NCBI RefSeq assembly: GCF_009914755.1
Contig: NC_060931.1
Source: the human T2T-CHM13v2.0 reference genome, Homo sapiens
Direction: 5' to 3' (one strand)
DNA: 64,000 nt
The translations under genes and the position numbers were made by a program. Below are positions 26,301-38,700 of the stretch, piece after piece. The first letter of the stretch is position 1. Each line of letters begins with the position of its first letter. The notes beneath the pieces are model-generated. The model saw only the letters and a program-made list of their open reading frames with translations. It was not told where the DNA came from and did not search any database.

Positions 26301-29300
26301 CGTTGGAAACGGGATTTCTTCATTTCATGCTAGACAGAAGAATTCTCAGTAACTTCTTTGTGCTGTGTGTATTCAACTCACAGAGTGGAACGTCCCTTTG
26401 CACAGAGCAGATTTGAAACACTCTTTTTGTGGAGTTTGCAAGTGGAGATTTCAAGCGATTTGATGCCAACAGTAGAAAAGGAAATATCTTCAAATAAAAA
26501 CTAGACAGAATCATTCTCAGAAACTACTTTGTGATGTGTGCCTTCAACTCACAGAGTTTAACCTTTCTTTTCTTAGAGCAGTTTAGAAACACTCTGCTTG
26601 TTATGACTGCAAGTGGATATTTGGACCTCTTTGAGGCCTTCGTTGCAAACGGGGTTTCTTCCTTTCATGCTAGACTAAGAAGAGTTCTCAGTAACTTTTT
26701 TGTGTTGTGTGTATTCAACTCACAGAGTTGAACCTTTCTTTAGAGAGAGCAGATTTGAAACACTCTTGCTGTGGCATTTTCAGGTGGAGATTTCAAGCGA
26801 TTTGAGGACAATTGCAGAAAAGGAAATATCTTCGTATAATAACCAGACAGAATCATTCTCAGAAAGTGCTTTGTGATGTGTGCGTTCAACTCACAGAGTT
26901 TAACCTTTCTTTTCATAGAGGAGTTTGGAAACACACTGTTTGTAAGGACTGCAAGTGGATATATGGACCTGTTTGAGGCCTTCGTTGGAAACGGGATTTC
27001 TTCATTGAATGCTAGACGGAAGAATTCTCAGTAAATTCTTTGTGTTGTGTGCATTCAAGTCACAGAGTGGAACGTCCCTTTAGACACAGCAGATTTGAAA
27101 CACTCTTTTTGCGGAATTTGCAAGTGGAGATTTCTAGCCATTTGATGCCAACAGTAGAAAGGGAAATATCTTCAAATAAAAACCAGACAGAATCATTCTC
27201 AGCAAATTCTTTGTGATGTGTGCGTTCAACTCACATAGTTTAACCTTTCTTTTCATAGAGCAGTTTGGAAACACTCTGTTTGTAAAGTCTGCAAGTGGAT
27301 ATATGGACCGCATTGAGGCCTTCGTTGGAAACGGGATTTCTTCATTTCATGCTAGACAGAAGAATTCTCAGTAACTTCTTTGTGCTGTGTGTATTCAACT
27401 CACAGAGTGGAACGTCCCTTTGCACAGAGCAGATTTGAAACACTCTTTTTGTGGAGTTTGCAAGTGGAGATTTCAAGCGATTTGATGCCAACAGTAGAAA
27501 AGGAAATATCTTCAAATAAAAACTAGACAGAATCATTCTCAGAAACTACTTTGTGATGTGTGCTTTCAACTCACAGAGTTCAACCTTTCTTTTCTTAGAG
27601 CAGTTTAGAAACACTCTGCTTGTTATGTCTGCAAGTGGATATTTGGACCTCTTTGAGGCCTTCGTTGCAAACGGGGTTTCTTCCTTTCATGCTAGACTAA
27701 GAAGAGTTCTCAGTAACTTTTTTGTGTTGTGTGTATTCAACTCACAGAGTTGAACCTTGCTTTAGAGAGAGCAGATTTGAAACACTCTTGCTGTGGCATT
27801 TTCAGGTGGAGATTTCAAGCGATTTGAGGACAATTGCAGAAAAGGAAATATCTTCGTATAATAACCAGACAGAATCATTCTCAGAAAGTGCTTTGTGATG
27901 TGTGCGTTCAACTCACAGAGTTTAACCTTTCTTTTCATAGAGGAGTTTGGAAACACACTGTTTGTAAAGTCTGCAAGTGGATACATGGACCTGTTTGAGG
28001 CCTTCGTTGGAAACGGGATTTCTTCATTGAATGCTAGACGGAAGAATTCTCAGTAAATTCTTTGTGTTGTGTGCATTCAACTCACAGAGTGGAACGTCCC
28101 TTTAGACAGAGCAGATTTGAAACACTCTTTTTGCGGAATTTGCAAGTGGAGATTTCTAGCCATTTGATGCCAACAGTAGAAAGGGAAATATCTTCAAATA
28201 AAAACCAGACAGAATCATTCTCAGCAAATTCTTTGTGATGTGTGCGTTCAACTCACATAGTTTAACCTTTCTTTTCATAGAGCAGTTTGGAAACACTCTG
28301 TTTGTAAAGTCTGCAAGTGGATATATGGACCGCTTTGAGGCCTTCGTTGGAAACGGGATTTCTTCATTTCATGCTAGACAGAAGAATTCTCAGTAACTTC
28401 TTTGTGCTGTGTGTATTCAACTCACAGAGTGGAACGTCCCTTTGCACAGAGCAGATTTGAAACACTCTTTTTGTGGAGTTTGCAAGTGGAGATTTCAAGC
28501 GATTTGATGCCAACAGTAGAAAAGGAAATATCTTCAAATAAAAACTAGACAGAATCATTCTCAGAAACTACTTTGTGATGTGTGCCTTCAACTCACAGAG
28601 TTTAACCTTTCTTTTCTTAGAGCAGTTTAGAAACACTCTGCTTGTTATGTCTGCAAGTGGATATTTGGACCTCTTTGAGGCCTTCGTTGCAAACGGGGTT
28701 TCTTCCTTTCATGCTAGACTAAGAAGAGTTCTCAGTAACTTTTTTGTGTTGTGTGTATTCAACTCACAGAGTTGAACCTTGCTTTAGAGAGAGCAGATTT
28801 GAAACACTCTTGCTGTGGCATTTTCAGGTGGAGATTTCAAGCGATTTGAGGACAATTGCAGAAAATGAAATATCTTCGTATAATAACCAGACAGAATCAT
28901 TCTCAGAAAGTGCTTTGTGATGTGTGCGTTCAACTCACACAGTTTAACCTTTCTTTTCATAGAGGAGTTTGGAAACACACTGTTTGTAAAGTCTGCAAGT
29001 GGATACATGGACCTGTTTGAGGCCTTCGTTGGAAACGGGATTTCTTCATTGAATGCTAGACGGAAGAATTCTCAGTAAATTCTTTGTGTTGTGTGCATTC
29101 AACTCACAGAGTGGAACGTCCCTTTAGACAGAGCAGATTTGAAACACTCTTTTTGCGGAATTTGCAAGTGGAGATTTCTAGCCATTTGATGCCAACAGTA
29201 GAAAGGGAAATATCTTCAAATAAAAACCAGACAGAAACATTCTCAGAAAATTCTTTGTGATGTGTGCGTTCAACTCACATAGTTTAACCTTTCTTTTCAT

Positions 29301-31640
29301 AGAGGAGTTTGGAAACACTCTGTTTGTAAAGTCTGCAAGTGGATATATGGACCGCATTGAGGCCTTCGTTGGAAACGGGATTTCTTCATTTCATGCTAGA
29401 CAGAAGAATTCTCAGTAACTTCTTTGTGCTGTGTGTATTCAACTCACAGAGTGGAACGTCCCTTTGCACAGAGCAGATTTGAAACACTCTTTTTGTGGAG
29501 TTTGCAAGTGGAGATTTCAAGCGATTTGATGCCAACAGTAGAAAAGGAAATATCTTCAAATAAAAACTAGACAGAATCATTCTCAGAAACTACTTTGTGA
29601 TGTGTGCCTTCAACTCACAGAGTTCAACCTTTCTTTTCTTAGAGCAGTTTAGAAACACTCTGCTTGTTATGTCTGCAAGTGGATATTTGGACCTCTTTGA
29701 GGCCTTCGTTGCAAACGGGGTTTCTTCCTTTCATGCTAGACTAAGAAGAGTTCTCAGTAACTTTTTTGTGTTGTGTGTATTCAACTCACAGAGTTGAACC
29801 TTGCTTTAGAGAGAGCAGATTTCAAACACTCTTGCTCTGGCATTTTCAGGTGGAGATTTCAAGCGATTTGAGGACAATTGCAGAAAAGGAAATATCTTCG
29901 TATAATAACCAGACAGAATCATTCTCAGAAAGTGCTTTGTGATGTGTGCGTTCAACTCACAGAGTTTAACCTTTCTTTTCATAGAGGAGTTTGGAAACAC
30001 ACTGTTTGTAAAGTCTGCAAGTGGATACATGGACCTGTTTGAGGCCTTCGTTGGAAACGGGATTTCTTCATTGAATGCTAGACGGAAGAATTCTCAGTAA
30101 ATTCTTTGTGTTGTGTGCATTCAACTCACAGAGTGGAACGTCCCTTTAGACAGAGCAGATTTGAAACACTCTTTTTGCGGAATTTGCAAGTGGAGATTTC
30201 TAGCCATTTGATGCCAACAGTAGAAAGGGAAATATCTTCAAATAAAAACCAGACAGAATCATTCTCAGCAAATTCTTTGTGATGTGTGCATTCAACTCAC
30301 ATAGTTTAACCTTTCTTTTCATAGAGCAGTTTGGAAACACTCTGTTTGTAAAGTCTGCAAGTGGATATATGGACCGCATTGAGGCCTTCGTTGGAAACGG
30401 GATTTCTTCATTTCATGCTAGACAGAAGAATTCTCAGTAACTTCTTTGTGCTGTGTGTATTCAACTCACAGAGTGGAACGTCCCTTTGCACAGAGCAGAT
30501 TTGAAACACTCTTTTTGTGGAGTTTGCAAGTGGAGATTTCAAGCGATTTGATGCCAACAGTAGAAAAGGAAATATCTTCAAATAAAAACTAGACAGAATC
30601 ATTCTCAGAAACTACTTTGTGATGTGTGCCTTCAACTCACAGAGTTTAACCTTTCTTTTCTTAGAGCAGTTTAGAAACACTCTGCTTGTTATGTCTGCAA
30701 GTGGATATTTGGACCTCTTTGAGGCCTTCGTTGCAAACGGGGTTTCTTCCTTTCATGCTAGACTAAGAAGAGTTCTCAGTAACTTTTTTGTGTTGTGTGT
30801 ATTCAACTCACAGAGTTGAACCTTGCTTTAGAGAGAGCAGATTTGAAACACTCTTGCTGTGGCATTTTCAGGTGGAGATTTCAAGCGATTTGAGGACAAT
30901 TGCAGAAAAGGAAATATCTTCGTATAATAACCAGACAGAATCATTCTCAGAAAGTGCTTTGTGATGTGTGCGTTCAACTCACAGAGTTTAACCTTTCTTT
31001 TCATAGAGGAGTTTGGAAACACACTGTTTGTAAAGTCTGCAAGTGGATACATGGACCTGTTTGAGGCCTTCGTTGGAAACGGGATTTCTTCATTGAATGC
31101 TAGACGGAAGAATTCTCAGTAAATTCTTTGTGTTGTGTGCATTCAACTCACAGAGTGGAACGTCCCTTTAGACAGAGCAGATTTGAAACACTCTTTTTGC
31201 GGAATTTGCAAGTGGAGATTTCTAGCCATTTGATGCCAACAGTAGAAAGGGAAATATCTTCAAATAAAAACCAGACAGAATCATTCTCAGAAAATTCTTT
31301 GTGATGTGTGCGTTCAACTCACATAGTTTAACCTTTCTTTTCATAGAGCAGTTTGGAAACACTCTGTTTGTAAAGTCTGCAAGTGGATATATGGACCGCA
31401 TTGAGGCCTTCGTTGGAAACGGGATTTCTTCATTTCATGCTAGACAGAAGAATTCTCAGTAACTTCTTTGTGCTGTGTGTATTCAACTCACAGAGTGGAA
31501 CGTCCCTTTACACAGAGCAGATTTGAAACACTCTTTTTGTGGAGTTTGCAAGTGGAGATTTCAAGCGATTTGATGCCAACAGTAGAAAAGGAAATATCTT
31601 CAAATAAAAACTAGACAGAATCATTCTCAGAAACTACTTT

Positions 31641-32320
31641 GTGATGTGTGCCTTCAACTCACAGAGTTTAACCTTTCTTTTCATAGAGGAGTTTGGAAAC
31701 ACACTGTTTGTAAAGTCTGCAAGTGGATATATGGACCTGTTTGAGGCCTTCGTTGGAAACGGGATTTCTTCATTGAATGCTAGACGGAAGAATTCTCAGT
31801 AAATTCTTTGTGTTGTGTGCATTCAACTCACAGAGTGGAACGTCCCTTTAGACAGAGCAGATTTGAAACACTCTTTTTGCGGAATTTGCAAGTGGAGATT
31901 TCTAGCCATTTGATGCCAACAGTAGAAAGGGAAATATCTTCAAATAAAAACCAGACAGAATCATTCTCAGAAAATTCTTTGTGATGTGTGCGTTCAACTC
32001 ACATAGTTTAACCTTTCTTTTCATAGAGCAGTTTGGAAACACTCTGTTTGTAAAGTCTGCAAGTGGATATATGGACCGCATTGAGGCCTTCGTTGGAAAC
32101 GGGATTTATTCATTTCATGCTAGACAGAAGAATTCTCAGTAACTTCTTTGTGCTGTGTGTATTCAACTCACAGAGTCGAACGTCCCTTTACACAGAGCAG
32201 ATTTGAAACACTCTTTTTGTGGAGTTTGCAAGTGGAGATTTCAAGCGATTTGATGCCAACAGTAGAAAAGGAAATATCTTCAAATAAAAACTAGACAGAA
32301 TCATTCTCAGAAACTACTTT
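31641..32320 (+). repeat. 4-mer HOR structural variant, copy 3
   Basis: Same hybrid junction (31653-31682); anchors 30619 to 32321 = 1702. Confidence 0.95.
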
Positions 32321-32769
32321 GTGATGTGTGCCTTCAACTCACAGAGTTTAACCTTTCTTTTCTTAGAGCAGTTTAGAAACACTCTGCTTGTTATGTCTGC
32401 AAGTGGATATTTGGACCTCTTTGAGGCCTTCGTTGCAAACGGGGTTTCTTCCTTTCATGCTAGACTAAGAAGAGTTCTCAGTAACTTTTTTGTGTTGTGT
32501 GTATTCAACTCACAGAGTTGAACCTTGCTTTAGAGAGAGCAGATTTGAAACACTCTTGCTGTGGCATTTTCAGGTGGAGATTTCAAGCGATTTGAGGACA
32601 ATTGCAGAAAAGGAAATATCTTCGTATAATAACCAGACAGAATCATTCTCAGAAAGTGCTTTGTGATGTGTGCGTTCAACTCACAGAGTTTAACCTTTCT
32701 TTTCATAGAGGAGTTTGGAAACACACTGTTTGTAAGGACTGCAAGTGGATATATGGACCTGTTTGAGGC

Positions 32770-32786
32770 CTTCGTTGGTAACGGGA
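32770..32786 (+). other. Mutated CENP-B box (core A10>T)
   Basis: CTTCGTTGGTAACGGGA; position 10 (32779) is T where the core motif requires A. Confidence 0.88.
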
Positions 32787-35700
32787 TTTCTTCATTGAAT
32801 GCTAGACGGAAGAATTCTCAGTAAATTCTTTGTGTTGTGTGCATTCAACTCACAGAGTGTAACGTCCCTTTAGACACAGCAGATTTGAAACACTCTTTTT
32901 GCGGAATTTGCAAGTGGAGATTTCTAGCCATTTGATGCCAACAGTAGAAAGGGAAATATCTTCAAATAAAAACCAGACAGAATCATTCTCAGCAAATTCT
33001 TTGTGATGTGTGCGTTCAACTCACATAGTTTAACCTTTCTTTTCATAGAGCCGTTTGGAAACACTCTGTTTGTAAAGTCTGCAAGTGGATATATGGACCG
33101 CATTGAGGCCTTCGTTGGAAACGGGATTTCTTCATTTCATGCTAGACAGAAGAATTCTCAGTAACTTCTTTGTGCTGTGTGTATTCAACTCACAGAGTGG
33201 AACGTCCCTTTGCACAGAGCAGATTTGAAACACTCTTTTTGTGGAGTTTGCAAGTGGAGATTTCAAGCGATTTGATGCCAACAGTAGAAAAGGAAATATC
33301 TTCAAATAAAAACTAGACAGAATCATTCTCAGAAACTACTTTGTGATGTGTGCCTTCAACTCACAGAGTTCAACCTTTCTTTTCTTAGAGCAGTTTAGAA
33401 ACACTCTGCTTGTTATGTCTGCAAGTGGATATTTGGACCTCTTTGAGGCCTTCGTTGCAAACGGGGTTTCTTCCTTTCATGCTAGACTAAGAAGAGTTCT
33501 CAGTAACTTTTTTGTGTTGTGTGTATTCAACTCACAGTGTTGAACCTTGCTTTAGAGAGAGCAGATTTGAAACACTCTTGCTGTGGCATTTTCAGGTGGA
33601 GATTTCAAGCGATTTGAGGACAATTGCAGAAAAGGAAATATCTTCGTATAATAACCAGACAGAATCATTCTCAGAAAGTGCTTTGTGATGTGTGCGTTCA
33701 ACTCACAGAGTTTAACCTTTCTTTTCATAGAGGAGTTTGGAAACACACTGTTTGTAAAGTCTGCAAGTGGATACATGGACCTGTTTGAGGCCTTCGTTGG
33801 AAACGGGATTTCTTCATTGAATGCTAGACGGAAGAATTCTCAGTAAATTCTTTGTGTTGTGTGCATTCAACTCACAGAGTGGAACGTCCCTTTAGACAGA
33901 GCAGATTTGAAACACTCTTTTTGCGGAATTTGCAAGTGGAGATTTCTAGCCATTTGATGCCAACAGTAGAAAGGGAAATATCTTCAAATAAAAACCAGAC
34001 AGAATCATTCTCAGAAAATTCTTTGTGATGTGTGCGTTCAACTCACATAGTTTAACCTTTCTTTTCATAGAGCAGTTTGGAAACACTCTGTTTGTAAAGT
34101 CTGCAAGTGGATATATGGACCGCTTTGAGGCCTTCGTTGGAAACGGGATTTCTTCATTTCATGCTAGACAGAAGAATTCTCAGTAACTTCTTTGTGCTGT
34201 GTGTATTCAACTCACAGAGTGGAACGTCCCTTTGCACAGAGCAGATTTGAAACACTCTTTTTGTGGAGTTTGCAAGTGGAGATTTCAAGCGATTTGATGC
34301 CAACAGTAGAAAAGGAAATATCTTCAAATAAAAACTAGACAGAATCATTCTCAGAAACTACTTTGTGATGTGTGCCTTCAACTCACAGAGTTTAACCTTT
34401 CTTTTCTTAGAGCAGTTTAGAAACACTCTGCTTGTTATGTCTGCAAGTGGATATTTGGACCTCTTTGAGGCCTTCGTTGCAAACGGGGTTTCTTCCTTTC
34501 ATGCTAGACTAAGAAGAGTTCTCAGTAACTTTTTTGTGTTGTGTGTATTCAACTCACAGAGTTGAACCTTGCTTTAGAGAGAGCAGATTTGAAACACTCT
34601 TGCTGTGGCATTTTCAGGTGGAGATTTCAAGCGATTTGAGGACAATTGCAGAAAAGGAAATATCTTCGTATAATAACCAGACAGAATCATTCTCAGAAAG
34701 TGCTTTGTGATGTGTGCGTTCAACTCACAGAGTTTAACCTTTCTTTTCATAGAGGAGTTTGGAAACACACTGTTTGTAAAGTCTGCAAGTGGATACATGG
34801 ACCTGTTTGAGGCCTTCGTTGGAAACGGGATTTCTTCATTGAATGCTAGACGGAAGAATTCTCAGTAAATTCTTTGTGTTGTGTGCATTCAACTCACAGA
34901 GTGGAACGTCCCTTTAGACAGAGCAGATTTGAAACACTCTTTTTGCGGAATTTGCAAGTGGAGATTTCTAGCCATTTGATGCCAACAGTAGAAAGGGAAA
35001 TATCTTCAAATAAAAACCAGACAGAATCATTCTCAGAAAATTCTTTGTGATGTGTGCGTTCAACTCACATAGTTTAACCTTTCTTTTCATAGAGCAGTTT
35101 GGAAACACTCTGTTTGTAAAGTCTGCAAGTGGATATATGGACCGCATTGAGGCCTTCGTTGGAAACGGGATTTCTTCATTTCATGCTAGACAGAAGAATT
35201 CTCAGTAACTTCTTTGTGCTGTGTGTATTCAACTCACAGAGTGGAACGTCCCTTTGCACAGAGCAGATTTGAAACACTCTTTTTGTGGAGTTTGCAAGTG
35301 GAGATTTCAAGCGATTTGATGCCAACAGTAGAAAAGGAAATATCTTCAAATAAAAACTAGACAGAATCATTCTCAGAAACTACTTTGTGATGTGTGCCTT
35401 CAACTCACAGAGTTTAACCTTTCTTTTCTTAGAGCAGTTTAGAAACACTCTGCTTGTTATGTCTGCAAGTGGATATTTGGACCTCTTTGAGGCCTTCGTT
35501 GCAAACGGGGTTTCTTCCTTTCATGCTAGACTAAGAAGAGTTCTCAGTAACTTTTTTGTGTTGTGTGTATTCAACTCACAGAGTTGAACCTTGCTTTAGA
35601 GAGAGCAGATTTGAAACACTCTTGCTGTGGCATTTTCAGGTGGAGATTTCAAGCGATTTGAGGACAATTGCAGAAAAGGAAATATCTTCGTATAATAACC

Positions 35701-38700
35701 AGACAGAATCATTCTCAGAAAGTGCTTTGTGATGTGTGCGTTCAACTCACAGAGTTTAACCTTTCTTTTCATAGAGGAGTTTGGAAACACACTGTTTGTA
35801 AAGTCTGCAAGTGGATACATGGACCTGTTTGAGGCCTTCGTTGGAAACGGGATTTCTTCATTGAATGCTAGACGGAAGAATTCTCAGTAAATTCTTTGTG
35901 TTGTGTGCATTCAACTCACAGAGTGGAACGTCCCTTTAGACAGAGCAGATTTGAAACACTCTTTTTGCGGAATTTGCAAGTGGAGATTTCTAGCCATTTG
36001 ATGCCAACAGTAGAAAGGGAAATATCTTCAAATAAAAACCAGACAGAATCATTCTCAGAAAATTCTTTGTGATGTGTGCGTTCAACTCACATAGTTTAAC
36101 CTTTCTTTTCATAGAGCAGTTTGGAAACACTCTGTTTGTAAAGTCTGCAAGTGGATATATGGACCGCTTTGAGGCCTTCGTTGGAAACGGGATTTCTTCA
36201 TTTCATGCTAGACAGAAGAATTCTCAGTAACTTCTTTGTGCTGTGTGTATTCAACTCACAGAGTGGAACGTCCCTTTACACAGAGCAGATTTGAAACACT
36301 CTTTTTGTGGAGTTTGCAAGTGGAGATTTCAAGCGATTTGATGCCAACAGTAGAAAAGGAAATATCTTCAAATAAAAACTAGACAGAATCATTCTCAGAA
36401 ACTACTTTGTGATGTGTGCCTTCAACTCACAGAGTTTAACCTTTCTTTTCTTAGAGCAGTTTAGAAACACTCTGCTTGTTATGTCTGCAAGTGGATATTT
36501 GGACCTCTTTGAGGCCTTCGTTGCAAACGGGGTTTCTTCCTTTCATGCTAGACTAAGAAGAGTTCTCAGTAACTTTTTTGTGTTGTGTGTATTCAACTCA
36601 CAGAGTTGAACCTTGCTTTAGAGAGAGCAGATTTGAAACACTCTTGCTGTGGCATTTTCAGGTGGAGATTTCAAGCGATTTGAGGACAATTGCAGAAAAG
36701 GAAATATCTTCGTATAATAACCAGACAGAATCATTCTCAGAAAGTGCTTTGTGATGTGTGCGTTCAACTCACAGAGTTTAACCTTTCTTTTCATAGAGGA
36801 GTTTGGAAACACACTGTTTGTAAGGACTGCAAGTGGATATATGGACCTGTTTGAGGCCTTCGTTGGAAACGGGATTTCTTCATTGAATGCTAGACGGAAG
36901 AATTCTCAGTAAATTCTTTGTGTTGTGTGCATTCAACTCACAGAGTGGAACGTCCCTTTAGACAGAGCAGATTTGAAACACTCTTTTTGCGGAATTTGCA
37001 AGTGGAGATTTCTAGCCATTTGATGCCAACAGTAGAAAGGGAAATATCTTCAAATAAAAACCAGACAGAATCATTCTCAGAAAATTCTTTGTGATGTGTG
37101 CGTTCAACTCACATAGTTTAACCTTTCTTTTCATAGAGCAGTTTGGAAACACTCTGTTTGTAAAGTCTGCAAGTGGATATATGGACCGCATTGAGGCCTT
37201 CGTTGGAAACGGGATTTCTTCATTTCATGCTAGACAGAAGAATTCTCAGTAACTTCTTTGTGCTGTGTGTATTCAACTCACAGAGTGGAACGTCCCTTTG
37301 CACAGAGCAGATTTGAAACACTCTTTTTGTGGAGTTTGCAAGTGGAGATTTCAAGCGATTTGATGCCAACAGTAGAAAAGGAAATATCTTCAAATAAAAA
37401 CTAGACAGAATCATTCTCAGAAACTACTTTGTGATGTGTGCCTTCAACTCACAGAGTTTAACCTTTCTTTTCTTAGAGCAGTTTAGAAACACTCTGCTTG
37501 TTATGACTGCAAGTGGATATTTGGACCTCTTTGAGGCCTTCGTTGCAAACGGGGTTTCTTCCTTTCATGCTAGACTAAGAAGAGTTCTCAGTAACTTTTT
37601 TGTGTTGTGTGTATTCAACTCACAGAGTTGAACCTTTCTTTAGAGAGAGCAGATTTGAAACACTCTTGCTGTGGCATTTTCAGGTGGAGATTTCAAGCGA
37701 TTTGAGGACAATTGCAGAAAAGGAAATATCTTCGTATAATAACCAGACAGAATCATTCTCAGAAAGTGCTTTGTGATGTGTGCGTTCAACTCACAGAGTT
37801 TAACCTTTCTTTTCATAGAGGAGTTTGGAAACACACTGTTTGTAAGGACTGCAAGTGGATATATGGACCTGTTTGAGGCCTTCGTTGGAAACGGGATTTC
37901 TTCATTGAATGCTAGACGGAAGAATTCTCAGTAAATTCTTTGTGTTGTGTGCATTCAAGTCACAGAGTGGAACGTCCCTTTAGACACAGCAGATTTGAAA
38001 CACTCTTTTTGCGGAATTTGCAAGTGGAGATTTCTAGCCATTTGATGCCAACAGTAGAAAGGGAAATATCTTCAAATAAAAACCAGACAGAATCATTCTC
38101 AGCAAATTCTTTGTGATGTGTGCGTTCAACTCACATAGTTTAACCTTTCTTTTCATAGAGCAGTTTGGAAACACTCTGTTTGTAAAGTCTGCAAGTGGAT
38201 ATATGGACCGCATTGAGGCCTTCGTTGGAAACGGGATTTCTTCATTTCATGCTAGACAGAAGAATTCTCAGTAACTTCTTTGTGCTGTGTGTATTCAACT
38301 CACAGAGTGGAACGTCCCTTTGCACAGAGCAGATTTGAAACACTCTTTTTGTGGAGTTTGCAAGTGGAGATTTCAAGCGATTTGATGCCAACAGTAGAAA
38401 AGGAAATATCTTCAAATAAAAACTAGACAGAATCATTCTCAGAAACTACTTTGTGATGTGTGCCTTCAACTCACAGAGTTCAACCTTTCTTTTCTTAGAG
38501 CAGTTTAGAAACACTCTGCTTGTTATGTCTGCAAGTGGATATTTGGACCTCTTTGAGGCCTTCGTTGCAAACGGGGTTTCTTCCTTTCATGCTAGACTAA
38601 GAAGAGTTCTCAGTAACTTTTTTGTGTTGTGTGTATTCAACTCACAGAGTTGAACCTTGCTTTAGAGAGAGCAGATTTGAAACACTCTTGCTGTGGCATT

